Source of the DNA: Haloplanus pelagicus
GTDB taxonomy: Archaea > Halobacteriota > Halobacteria > Halobacteriales > Haloferacaceae
Direction of reading: 5' to 3'
Length of the DNA stretch: 32,000 nucleotides
Assembly: GCF_023703795.1 (NCBI RefSeq)
Contig: NZ_CP098519.1
Span: forward strand, 92,229-124,228
Below the pieces are notes generated by a model. That model saw only the letters and a list, made by a program, of their open reading frames with translations. It was not told the DNA's origin and searched no databases. A program made the translations under genes and the position numbers. How positions within the stretch are numbered: the stretch's first letter is position 1; each line of letters starts with the position of its first letter. Shown piece by piece: positions 8,641 through 17,252 of the stretch.

Positions 8641-10014
8641 ATGCGACGATACGGTATCATTCTGCTACTTATCATTGTAGTCGTGGCCGCTGGCACTACG
8701 GCTACAACGGGTCAACAAGTCCAAGACAGAGCCCCCGAAAGTTGCATAGATGCTTTTACAGCCCAACAGTGGGAGTCGGCTCAGCTTACGGGAGAGATAC
8801 GACTCGCTGAGGATGACACAGTCCAAATCACATACGATGGCCACGGTGAATTGACCCCATTCGAGGTTGACCCACCGACTGCGGCTACCGTTGTCAACAC
8901 GACTGGGTTCTCGAACACTGCGGATGGGACCTACACCTTTGGTGGACGGCAGGCAACACCGACCCTCACGTATCGCGTACAAACTGGATTATCCACCAAT
9001 GAATCTTATGCGAGCGGTGAGTCGTGGCTTCATACTCCGCTCCCTTCGTACATTCAGACCCGCGTCCACCACATCACCCCCGAAGGCGGCCACGTTGGTA
9101 CGCAATTCGCCTATCTTGGAAATTATTCAGCTGTAACGCTTCAAGATGGATGCCACGAAGTCACGGGCATCATCGCTGACGAGAGCCGGTCGGCGGTTGA
9201 CAGTGAGCAAATCGAGCGGCAGCTCCGATACGCGATGACTGAGTACGATGTTGGACACCGTTACAGCAAGACAACAGTCTTCGTAACACCGGGAAAAGTC
9301 GATCCCACTTCCAGTGGTGAAGCACACAAAGCGGACGCGTGGGCGTCCAGTCGACATGGGCCATCGAATACCACCCATATCGTACTCCACGAGTACTTAC
9401 ATACGAGACATTCTTTCGGTGATGCTTCACTAGGCGAGATGAGTTGGTTCAATGAGGGGACAACGGAGTATATGTCTCTACGACTAATGCTGGGCGCTGG
9501 GACACTTTCGCCACGAGAATACAACAACCGATTGGAGAACGCCGCAGGGGGGCGTGCTGTCCTATCGAACCGGTCAACGTGGACCGATCATCGTACCCCA
9601 TACCAGCGGGGAACGTTGTTTAATGCCCATTTAGACCACCGTATCCGAAACGCTACAGACGGCGAGAGTACGCTCGAAGATGTCGTCGCTGTCGCGAACG
9701 CTAAACAGGGGAGCCAGTTCCTTCCGTCTGAACGTGCGGTATTCGATATTGTCGCAACTGTTTCCAATACAGACACAGCGACATGGGCAAACAGTACTGT
9801 AGATAGCAGTCAGGCTTTCGGAATTTCACCAATCCAACAAAAGACCACTCCTGAATGGGAGTACCGGATCTCAATCGCTCACGAAAATCTAAGCGAACAA
9901 CCTCTACTTGGTGTCTTCTTCGGATTGGTGCTTGGGGTTCTGCTGATGACAATTTCCGAAGAGTACGTCAATGGGTCGGAGGATGACAGCCCAGAAAAAT
10001 CAGAAAACAGCTAG
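8641..10014 (+). CDS. Membrane-anchored gluzincin-like zinc metalloprotease
   Basis: N-terminal hydrophobic segment, NTTHIVLHEYLHTRHSF (HExxH) followed by LSWFNEGTTEYMS (downstream E), C-terminal TM LLGVFFGLVLGVLLMTI. Confidence 0.75.
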   Translation: MRRYGIILLLIIVVVAAGTTATTGQQVQDRAPESCIDAFTAQQWESAQLTGEIRLAEDDTVQITYDGHGELTPFEVDPPTAATVVNTTGFSNTADGTYTFGGRQATPTLTYRVQTGLSTNESYASGESWLHTPLPSYIQTRVHHITPEGGHVGTQFAYLGNYSAVTLQDGCHEVTGIIADESRSAVDSEQIERQLRYAMTEYDVGHRYSKTTVFVTPGKVDPTSSGEAHKADAWASSRHGPSNTTHIVLHEYLHTRHSFGDASLGEMSWFNEGTTEYMSLRLMLGAGTLSPREYNNRLENAAGGRAVLSNRSTWTDHRTPYQRGTLFNAHLDHRIRNATDGESTLEDVVAVANAKQGSQFLPSERAVFDIVATVSNTDTATWANSTVDSSQAFGISPIQQKTTPEWEYRISIAHENLSEQPLLGVFFGLVLGVLLMTISEEYVNGSEDDSPEKSENS

Positions 10015-10183
10015 TTAGTAGGCGGCTAAGTCCTCTATTAAAGAAGGCGCTCATTCAGGGTATCCGAATCTGTCAGTACACGCTGCGAGAGTGAGCATTG
10101 GTTCTGTAGGGCCGAGACTGACTGGGCGAAGTCACCCTGATGCTGAATAATATTGGTGAAGCGCCGTACTGTCCGCCTTCTGG

Positions 10184-10453
10184 TCACTTGTCCGGCTTCG
10201 TCCCGGTTCGCAGATTCTCGCGGTACTCAGCCCACGCCTCGTACATTTCGATCTGATCGTTTTTCGACATTGTCTCATCGGTGTCCGGGTCGAAGAACGG
10301 AAGTTCTTCTTTCTCCGGCATCGCCATCACTTGGCTGAGCGGATAGAGCTCAGAGTAGTAGTTTTCGAGGACCCATTCTTCACCGTGATCTTCGACAGCT
10401 TCGGTAATGAATGGGGCTGCTTCCGGGTACTCGTCGGCAAGGGTATCGGGCAT
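10184..10453 (-). CDS. Hypothetical protein
   Basis: ORF MPDTLADEYPEAAPFITEAVEDHGEEWVLENYYSELYPL...; acidic haloarchaeal composition. Confidence 0.55.
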   Translation of the reverse strand: MPDTLADEYPEAAPFITEAVEDHGEEWVLENYYSELYPLSQVMAMPEKEELPFFDPDTDETMSKNDQIEMYEAWAEYRENLRTGTKPDK

Positions 10454-10482
10454 TGTGAACTGTAGTGGGAAGAGTGGCCGGC

Positions 10483-10839
10483 CTACGCGTCGGTGAACTC
10501 AGCAAGCGAGTGGTTGGGACTGCTGTGGTTCCACTTTCCGATCTGAATGAGATCGAAGGTCTCGATGTCGTCTTCAACAGCGGCGTCAAGTGTGGCAGTA
10601 ATGTCGGCAGAGAGACTGTCGACACGGATCGCCGTCACTGGGTGACCTCCAAGCTTGTAGCCGGTTGCGAGACTCGTGGGAGAGACGACGATTACCGCAC
10701 CACCATCGACAGCGTCGAGGGCGAGTTGGGCATCCCGATGCTGGAGGACGGTCGCATCCAGCTCATCGACAGGGAAGAGACAGACTGCTGTCCCGTACTC
10801 AATGCTCGCCCCCGCTGTGTAGAAATGCCCTATAGACAT
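10483..10839 (-). CDS. Hypothetical protein
   Basis: ORF MSIGHFYTAGASIEYGTAVCLFPVDELDATVLQHRDAQLALDAV...; acidic composition is more plausible than the overlapping + frame. Likely co-transcribed with 10184..10453. Confidence 0.6.
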   Translation of the reverse strand: MSIGHFYTAGASIEYGTAVCLFPVDELDATVLQHRDAQLALDAVDGGAVIVVSPTSLATGYKLGGHPVTAIRVDSLSADITATLDAAVEDDIETFDLIQIGKWNHSSPNHSLAEFTDA

Positions 10840-10953
10840 AATCAGCTGCTACTATATGCCCTATGGACATTAATATTGCGGCTCCAATCAATACCGAGTC
10901 ATGCGACTCGGCCAGCCCGTAAGTTGAATATCCAGCCCGTTTCAGCGCTGTGT

Positions 10954-11775
10954 GTGGCTCGAAATCTGTACGAGAGTACCGCGGCGGCACTCGCGACTGG
11001 ATCTGTGGAACACATTTCGTACGAGACCCCACCGAGCACTGCTGCCGAGTGGCTCGTGACGAATGGCTACGATGCGGCGCCAGTTGACCGGGACGGCGAC
11101 CCAGTTGGATTCATCCACGAAGATGACGTCGACACCGACGATACTGGTGACACGCTTGAGGCGGCGCTCACACCGCTCACTATTGACTACATGATTAGCG
11201 GTGACACGTCGTTCGCGGAGAGTCTCGCAGCGCTAATCGAGGAGCCGGTCTATTTCCTTGGGGGCCACAACCGGATCACCGGCATCCTCACCCGTGCGGA
11301 TCTGAATACCCCACCCGCACGGATGTATCTCTTCGATCGGATCACGTACTTGGAAGAACATCTGCGAGAGATCATCTCGTCGGAGGTTTCCGATTGGAAG
11401 CAGACTCCTGTGAGTACCGACGAAATCGATGGTATCGAAACCCGGTATGCGGATGCCAAAGCCGCTAACGTGGAATTATCAGAGATTCACTACGCCCAAT
11501 TTTCGACACTCAGTACGATTGTGTCGAGCGTCGAGGCCTGTTGGCAAGAGTGCGGGTTTTTAATGGCAGGTGAGGCGCAGTCGCGGCTTCACGACATTAC
11601 GGAACTCCGGAACGATGTCGCCCACGCCAATCTCCTCGTTGAGCATACGGAAGATGATAAGTTTCTGAGTAGCGGCCGGACGACTGAGAATCTGTATACT
11701 CTCCTTGCGGACATCGAACAGATCCTGACCAGCCTACAGGGTGCGGGGTACGCGCCGGAGACTGCCACAGAGTAG
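10954..11775 (+). CDS. CBS domain protein with C-terminal HEPN-like Rx4H segment
   Basis: GTG start 10954 (VARNLYESTAAALATGSVEHISYETPPSTAAEWLVTNGYDAAPVDRDGDPVGFI...GHNRITGILTRADLNTPPARMYLFDRITYLEEHLREII). C-terminal LHDITELRNDVAHANLL contains RNDVAH. The track ORF start (10465) runs antisense to another gene and is judged wrong. Confidence 0.7.
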   Translation: MARNLYESTAAALATGSVEHISYETPPSTAAEWLVTNGYDAAPVDRDGDPVGFIHEDDVDTDDTGDTLEAALTPLTIDYMISGDTSFAESLAALIEEPVYFLGGHNRITGILTRADLNTPPARMYLFDRITYLEEHLREIISSEVSDWKQTPVSTDEIDGIETRYADAKAANVELSEIHYAQFSTLSTIVSSVEACWQECGFLMAGEAQSRLHDITELRNDVAHANLLVEHTEDDKFLSSGRTTENLYTLLADIEQILTSLQGAGYAPETATE

Positions 11776-11826
11776 CAATCCGTCGGACGTCCAACTACTA
11801 TCATCCCTCGCTGATTCGTCTGATCT

Positions 11827-12807
11827 ATGAGTGACTCAGCGGCAGGCGTCCTCCTTGGTCTCGCCTGCGGTGATGCCCTCGGCCGTCCGGTAGAGTTCCA
11901 GCAAACAACCTCCATCCAGCGCCGGCACGGCTGCGTTACGGAGATGCTGGCCAACGGGACCCATGGCCAACCGGCTGGCACGATCACGGACGACACCGAG
12001 ATGGCGCTGTGTGTGGCTCGAAGCCTCGTTGGTTCGGGCCACTTCGACCCCGTTGACGTCGCAGACCGATTCGTTGAGTGGTATCAATCAGACCCGTTTG
12101 ACATTGGACTACTCACTAGCACAGTCCTCAGGCGACTCCGAGATGGTGACGCGTGGGATGAGGCTGGGATCGATGAGTGGAAACACCTCCCAGAGGGATC
12201 CAATGCGGGCAACGGCAGCGTCATGCGATGTGCCCCGTACGGGATCGCGTTTGCTGGTGAGTCCGATGTACTCGTGACTGCGAGTCGTGTGTCGTCGGCG
12301 ATCACGCATGCCGACCCGCGCTGCCAATGGGGATGTGTGATTCTAAACGCGACGCTCGCTGGCCTGCTCGGGGGTAAGGAACAGCCGCTTGCGTCCGCGC
12401 TTGAACTCGCAGTGAATGCGCCTGCTGAACTCCGGAGCGCGTGTGAAGCTGTTCAGGCAATTGTGGAAGGGTCTGAGTCTGCGGCGGATCTTGAACTCGC
12501 TAATTCGGGCTATGTCGTCACAACACTTCAGGCGGGGCTCTATCACGGATTGACTGCTGAGAGTGCGGAGGACGCCATCGTCGATGCGGTGATGCTGGGT
12601 GGTGATACAGATACGATTGCGGCCGTTGCTGGGGCTGTTGCGGGGGCACGGTTTGGCGCGTCCGGGCTTCCCGATCGTTGGTTCCGGGCAATCGATGAGA
12701 CGGCCGAACTCACAAAGTTAGGCCAGCAACTCGATACGATGGATTTGTCGCTTCCTGAGTCAGTCGCTGAGAATCTTTCGAGTAGCCAATTTGATTTACA
12801 AGCCTAA
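11827..12807 (+). CDS. ADP-ribosylglycohydrolase family protein (DraG/ARH)
   Basis: GVLLGLACGDALGRPVEF, GTITDDTEMALCVA, SNAGNGSVMRCAPYG-like (NAGNGSVMRCAPYG), GGDTDTIAAVAGAVAGARFG. Confidence 0.93.
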   Translation: MSDSAAGVLLGLACGDALGRPVEFQQTTSIQRRHGCVTEMLANGTHGQPAGTITDDTEMALCVARSLVGSGHFDPVDVADRFVEWYQSDPFDIGLLTSTVLRRLRDGDAWDEAGIDEWKHLPEGSNAGNGSVMRCAPYGIAFAGESDVLVTASRVSSAITHADPRCQWGCVILNATLAGLLGGKEQPLASALELAVNAPAELRSACEAVQAIVEGSESAADLELANSGYVVTTLQAGLYHGLTAESAEDAIVDAVMLGGDTDTIAAVAGAVAGARFGASGLPDRWFRAIDETAELTKLGQQLDTMDLSLPESVAENLSSSQFDLQA

Positions 12808-12863
12808 TTTAGAATTTTTAACCAACAACTGGGGATATTTCGAGCTATTGTAGGTTAAAGTGA

Positions 12864-13046
12864 CTACTCTACTTCATCAGTTTCGGCCCGTCCGTGCCGT
12901 CTATCTATCTCATCAAACATATCGAGTGTCTTTCGGATTGATGCCCGAACCGCATCGCTTCGATTGACGAATTTTCCCTCGTCACCGACGTGTTCATCGA
13001 GGTCATCAAGCAGTTCTTGGGGGATCTCGACGCTGACCTTCGGCAT
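12864..13046 (-). CDS. Ribbon-helix-helix (CopG-like) DNA-binding protein
   Basis: MPKVSVEIPQELLDDLDEHVGDEGKFVNRSDAVRASIRKTLDMFDEIDRRHGR. Confidence 0.88.
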   Translation of the reverse strand: MPKVSVEIPQELLDDLDEHVGDEGKFVNRSDAVRASIRKTLDMFDEIDRRHGRAETDEVE

Positions 13047-13155
13047 ACCCTATAATCGCAGAGGAATCTCTTCAGAATGTCGCACAGTACAACGGTTCCC
13101 TTCACACCTAGGATGACCCACAGTAGATAGCGAACCAAGCGTGCTGATTAATAAA

Positions 13156-13845
13156 CTACGAGAACTCCGGCCGTTCCGCGTACGCAATCGGATCGCGTGA
13201 CTCGGCATTCCGGAATGCTTCGAGTCGGAACGCACACGCATCACACGTTCCGCACGCCGGTTCCTCATCCCGGTAACACGACCACGTCATGTCGTATGGC
13301 ACACCGAGCTCCAACCCCCGCTCGGCGATCTCCGTTTTCGACCATTCGACGAACGGCGCTTTCAACTCGATCTGTGTCTCCGGTTTTGTCCCGACATCGA
13401 TCACGTTCTGAAAAGCGTCGAAAAACGCCGGGCGACAGTCAGGGTATCCGGAGAAATCCTCCGAATGTGCGCCGATAAACAGCGCCTCTGAATCAGTCGC
13501 CTCCGCGTACGACGTCGCCATCGACAACAAATTCGCATTCCGGAAGGGGACGTACGATGTCGGAATGTCGTCACTCTCAAGATCTGCGTCGGCCACGTCC
13601 ATCTCCTCGTCGGTCAAACTCGACGCACCGATCTGGGAGAGATGTCCCGTTTCGATATGGAGGAAGTCAGCCGCATCAACTTCCTCCGCGAGCGCTTTCG
13701 CACACTCGTACTCCTTGTCTTCGGTGCGCTGACCGTACGACGTATGGAGGAAGTACGGCTCGTAGCCCTGCACGATCGCCTCGTAGACAGCCGTCGCACT
13801 ATCCATCCCACCAGACACCAGAATCACCGCGCTTTTGTTGCTCAT
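13156..13845 (-). CDS. queC: 7-cyano-7-deazaguanine (preQ0) synthase
   Basis: AVILVSGGMDSATAVYEA (PP-loop), SYGQRT, VPFRNANLLSMATSYAEA, SCYRDEEPACGTCDACAFRLEAF (zinc cysteines). Confidence 0.96.
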   Translation of the reverse strand: MSNKSAVILVSGGMDSATAVYEAIVQGYEPYFLHTSYGQRTEDKEYECAKALAEEVDAADFLHIETGHLSQIGASSLTDEEMDVADADLESDDIPTSYVPFRNANLLSMATSYAEATDSEALFIGAHSEDFSGYPDCRPAFFDAFQNVIDVGTKPETQIELKAPFVEWSKTEIAERGLELGVPYDMTWSCYRDEEPACGTCDACAFRLEAFRNAESRDPIAYAERPEFS

Positions 13846-13939
13846 ATCTGCTTGGTTGCGTCGAATCGATTATCGCTCTGTTCACCACACCGCACTCGCG
13901 GCACCGTGCTCTTCTGACCGGCCTCTAAGGATAACGTGC

Positions 13940-14716
13940 TCATGTCCCCGGTGCGTCGTTCCATAGGTCCACGTGGAGTCGCGGCGTGTACCGGTAGCCG
14001 TACTCCATCGCCAGCTCGGCGACCTCGCTTCGCGTCCCGTCGAGTTGCTCGCGCGTCATGCCCTCCGGCATCAACAACACGTCATCATCGGCGACAGTCG
14101 TCGCCGTCGCTTTTTGTACTCGGTCAACCAGGTCCGTAATCTCCGGGAGGTCCGTCTCGTCGGTCACGACGAACTTGAGTTGCGTCTCGTACGTATCGAC
14201 CATCTGGGACAACGCATCCATGTCAATTCGATTCTGTTCGTGTTTCTCCTCCCACTCGCCCTCCCCCTTCGGGTCACGATCGGGTGTTGGCGTGCTGCTC
14301 GCCAGCTTCGGGCTGATACTCGCTAAATCGATCGGCGCGTCCCGGTAGATTGTCCCGTTCGTTTCCACCGTCGTGTGATAGCCGTCTGCGGCGAGTCGTT
14401 CGAGGAGTTCGACTGACTCCTCATGGATGAGTGGCTCCCCACCTGTGAGGACGACGTGGCCAGCCTGTTCGTGGGACTGTACTTCTTCCACGATCGAGTC
14501 GATGTCGCGCCACGCCCCGGTCGGCTCCCACGAGGTATGGTACGAATCACAGAACCAACACCGCAGATTACATCCAGAGGTCCGTACGAAGACGGAGGGG
14601 ACGCCTGCGAGCGTTCCCTCGCCCTGTAACGAGTAGAACACCTCGTTGATCGGGAGGCCCTCACCAGTCGCGTCAGCGTCTGTTGCGGGCTCTTCGATAT
14701 CACTAGCAACCGGCAT
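13940..14716 (-). CDS. queE: 7-carboxy-7-deazaguanine synthase (radical SAM)
   Basis: NEVFYSLQGEGTLAGVPSVFVRTSGCNLRCWFCDSYHTSWEP, HVVLTGGEPLIH, TTVETNGT, ISPKL. Confidence 0.96.
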   Translation of the reverse strand: MPVASDIEEPATDADATGEGLPINEVFYSLQGEGTLAGVPSVFVRTSGCNLRCWFCDSYHTSWEPTGAWRDIDSIVEEVQSHEQAGHVVLTGGEPLIHEESVELLERLAADGYHTTVETNGTIYRDAPIDLASISPKLASSTPTPDRDPKGEGEWEEKHEQNRIDMDALSQMVDTYETQLKFVVTDETDLPEITDLVDRVQKATATTVADDDVLLMPEGMTREQLDGTRSEVAELAMEYGYRYTPRLHVDLWNDAPGT

Positions 14717-15177
14717 CAGTACGACGCACAGAGCTCCTTGGTCTCGCTCACCGACACCGACACATCCGTCACGGTATCCGGGAACTCATCGAGCATGCGT
14801 TGTTCGAGGAGGAGGCTCATCACCTCCGCCGTCGGCGGGTGTTCCAACACCACGAGCGCGTCGCCGTCACCAGACGCCTCGAACGCATCTACAAGCGGGT
14901 CGCCCTCCTCAACCAGGAACCGGTGATCCCACGCGTCGATGACGTCCGTGACGTCGCCTTTGTCGACGACCCAGCCCTCCTCGGTGAGTTCACCGGTCAC
15001 TTCGACAGTGATCTCGTAGTTGTGGCCGTGTGGCCGCGAACACTTCCCGTCGTGATGTAGGATTCGATGACCCGAACTGATCCGGATTGGATTGTCGCCT
15101 CCGATTTTGAGTGTCCGCTGGCCTGCCTCGACCAAGTTTTCAGCCGTAGAATCATCTTGTGATATGCTTTGAGACAT
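14716..15177 (-). CDS. queD: 6-carboxy-tetrahydropterin synthase
   Basis: FSSGHRI-like ISSGHRILHHDGKCSRPHGHNYEITVEVTGEL, GWVVDKGDVTDVIDAWDHRFLVEEGDPL, HPPTAEVMS. Overlaps queE start (TGATG). Confidence 0.94.
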   Translation of the reverse strand: MSQSISQDDSTAENLVEAGQRTLKIGGDNPIRISSGHRILHHDGKCSRPHGHNYEITVEVTGELTEEGWVVDKGDVTDVIDAWDHRFLVEEGDPLVDAFEASGDGDALVVLEHPPTAEVMSLLLEQRMLDEFPDTVTDVSVSVSETKELCASY

Positions 15178-15259
15178 ACTCGAAGATTACCAATCGCAGA
15201 TATAAATATTAGGATCCAGCTTAATTATCGAGTACGGGCCTGTTCACTAGTTTTGGATT

Positions 15260-15424
15260 ATGAACACTTATTCACAAAGTATGGCACCTTTCACACGGAT
15301 TTTCGCCGGATTGGTGAGAGACACTTTTCCGCCAAATGTTGAGGAGCTCTCGACCGATCAAGAAGATGAACAACACCATCCAAGATTACAAATATACACT
15401 ACGATAAGAATAGACAATGAGTAA
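15260..15424 (+). CDS. Candidate small protein (54 aa)
   Basis: Open frame below the 60-aa cutoff of the track: MNTYSQSMAPFTRIFAGLVRDTFPPNVEELSTDQEDEQHHPRLQIYTTIRIDNE*. Its stop overlaps the next ORF's ATG (aATGAGTAA at 15416-15424). Confidence 0.4.
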   Translation: MNTYSQSMAPFTRIFAGLVRDTFPPNVEELSTDQEDEQHHPRLQIYTTIRIDNE

Positions 15425-15788
15425 ACGAGAAGATCAACGAGAGAGTAGCTTGTCCTTGAGTGAAATAGACTCCACGCGAGCCCCTGATGAAAAGCAAATG
15501 GACGGCAAATCTGGAGAGATGCTGTATCAGCTCAAATTTCACAAAAGGCAGGGAGCAACCACCGAGGTGGGAAAAGTAACTGAAATCGGATCGTTAGAGG
15601 ATTCGCCTCCCGTTGATCTTCAGGCACTTCAGACAGATACCTATACTCACTATGCTATCTTCCGTTTGAAAGATCGATCAACGACACTGATTGTACAAGA
15701 CGAATCTGGAAATACGCACAAAGCGCTTTCACTTGGCAAAGATACTGTGAAAGTACCTTACAAAGTGAGTATTACCATCCAATCTTAG
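15417..15788 (+). CDS. Hypothetical protein at island start
   Basis: ORF MSKREDQRESSLSLSEIDSTRAPDEKQMDGKSGEMLYQLKFHKRQGATTEVGKVTEIGS...; no recognised family. Confidence 0.6.
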   Translation: MSKREDQRESSLSLSEIDSTRAPDEKQMDGKSGEMLYQLKFHKRQGATTEVGKVTEIGSLEDSPPVDLQALQTDTYTHYAIFRLKDRSTTLIVQDESGNTHKALSLGKDTVKVPYKVSITIQS

Positions 15789-15946
15789 TAACAGTTCCCA
15801 GCTGATAGACCCCAAAGTGGTCTTGCTACTTCCAGTCTCTGAGAAGTAATGCTCCGTTCGCTGAGCAGGTTGTGGCTCATTGTAGTATCGCAAAATTTTC
15901 GCGTATATTGTTAGCTACACTAGAATAAATGAAATAGTCTCGTGAA

Positions 15947-15970
15947 ATCACAAACATAGATCACAAACAT
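15947..15970. repeat. Tandem 11-nt direct repeat upstream of dpdA-like gene (candidate operator)
   Basis: ATCACAAACAT at 15947-15957 and again at 15960-15970, separated by 2 nt. Confidence 0.6.
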
Positions 15971-16137
15971 TCCACTCTATATTCGAACGTAGCATCGGTT
16001 ACTCACCTTCTGTGGATTCAACGGAACAAGAATCGGGATAATAGTAATGTTATCATAATATATCTGTGCTTACACTCACTGTATTGAAGACACAAATGAT
16101 ATGACGAGTGAGGTAGGGTATCTGAGTAAGTAGCTTC

Positions 16138-17205
16138 ATGCGACGATACCAATTCGATGACGTCGGCGAGATAGAATTCGTGGCGTCTGTCGCGCAAATC
16201 AATCGTTCTCAGCTTATCGATATCGTGGAGGACCTCGAGGAATACAACCTTGTAGAGTATGCTCTTGGTCGGATGATGTTTTGTCCGCTTACCTCCTCAG
16301 AGATTGCGGTTGATTATCTTGAATCGCTTTCATCGTCCTACGATCTCACATTCGCTTGTGATTCGGGAGGGTATGAGTCTCAAGTCAACGATGAATATAC
16401 GATGAAAGACATCTATACATTTGATCGAGAATACTACTTGTCGACAGACTGGCCTGACGAATTAGTTCTGCCCGACCAAGTGCCCGTAGAAGGAGACGAC
16501 GAGGCAACGATAGAGCAGAAGGTCCAGGACACAATCTCTCTCTCTCGAATGCTCTATAATGAACTACCAAGCGACAAGCAAGAGCGCGCAGTGCCAGTAA
16601 TCCAGGGGCATACTAAACAACAAATCGTTGAGTGTCTCGATGTTTATAGGAAGTTTGACAAAATAAATAAAATTGGGTTTGGGAGCTTTGGTACCGGAGG
16701 AGTAAATGGGGGTGTGAATTATTTGAATGAGGAGAATCTCGAACTACTACAATTCGTTGTGAAAGAGGCTCGGAAGTATGATCTAGACGTCCATGCATTC
16801 GGAATTGGCGGGCCAACTTCAATTCCTATCCTATATCAGTGTGGTGTTGATACGTTCGATTCGACTGGCTGGATACGATCTGGGGGTTATGGAAATATCT
16901 TTTTCCCATTTAAAAGTCGGCTTAATGTTACGCACCTTCGCAATCGGTCCGGTCCTACAGTCTTCCGAGAGGAATTGAGGGAAATAAAAGAGGAGACCGG
17001 ACATGAATGTCCGTACTGTCGGTCATTCGAATCCCTGCAAAACAGTCGTCAACATCGAATTTTACATAATCTTATTGTCATGCGTGAGATGACAGACATG
17101 ATCCTAGAATATTCGCTCGAAGAACTCATCGAGATGATGAATCCTAACTCAAAGTATACCGGCTACCTAAAGAAATTTACATCAACCGAGTCGGTCCGGA
17201 ACTGA
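16138..17205 (+). CDS. dpdA: DpdA-like TGT-fold transglycosylase (predicted 7-deazaguanine insertion into DNA)
   Basis: TGT-type motifs: TFACDSGGYES (D75, cf. TDSGGFQ), VPVIQGHT (cf. IVQG), FGIGGPTSIPILYQCGVDTFDSTGWIRSGGYGNIFFPF (D241, cf. GxDMFDCVxPTRxARxG.LF), and HECPYC...H zinc-like region. Only 355 aa, with no PUA or ArcTGT C-terminal domains. Confidence 0.85.
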   Translation: MRRYQFDDVGEIEFVASVAQINRSQLIDIVEDLEEYNLVEYALGRMMFCPLTSSEIAVDYLESLSSSYDLTFACDSGGYESQVNDEYTMKDIYTFDREYYLSTDWPDELVLPDQVPVEGDDEATIEQKVQDTISLSRMLYNELPSDKQERAVPVIQGHTKQQIVECLDVYRKFDKINKIGFGSFGTGGVNGGVNYLNEENLELLQFVVKEARKYDLDVHAFGIGGPTSIPILYQCGVDTFDSTGWIRSGGYGNIFFPFKSRLNVTHLRNRSGPTVFREELREIKEETGHECPYCRSFESLQNSRQHRILHNLIVMREMTDMILEYSLEELIEMMNPNSKYTGYLKKFTSTESVRN

Positions 17206-17252
17206 TTATCTAGAGGTAGATATTTGTTTGAGGTGTCTAATTGAATGACGAG

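Noticed and set aside
10465-10953. N-terminal half of the + strand ORF 10465..11775 as part of the CBS protein
   Set aside because: It runs antisense to a more plausible acidic ORF (10483..10839 -), shows no domain, and the recognisable CBS-type sequence begins near GTG 10954.
11589-11996. 135-aa minus-strand ORF over the CBS/ARH junction
   Set aside because: Antisense to two well-supported coding regions, basic composition atypical of haloarchaea.
15947-15970. CRISPR-like repeats
   Set aside because: Only two 11-nt units with a 2-nt gap; far too short for a CRISPR array. No array or cas genes were seen in the window.
16138-17205. Interpretation as the housekeeping archaeosine tRNA transglycosylase (tgtA)
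   Set aside because: Too short, lacks PUA and other ArcTGT domains, altered tract after the nucleophile Asp, and located with PglZ/BrxC genes. Not excluded without phylogeny.
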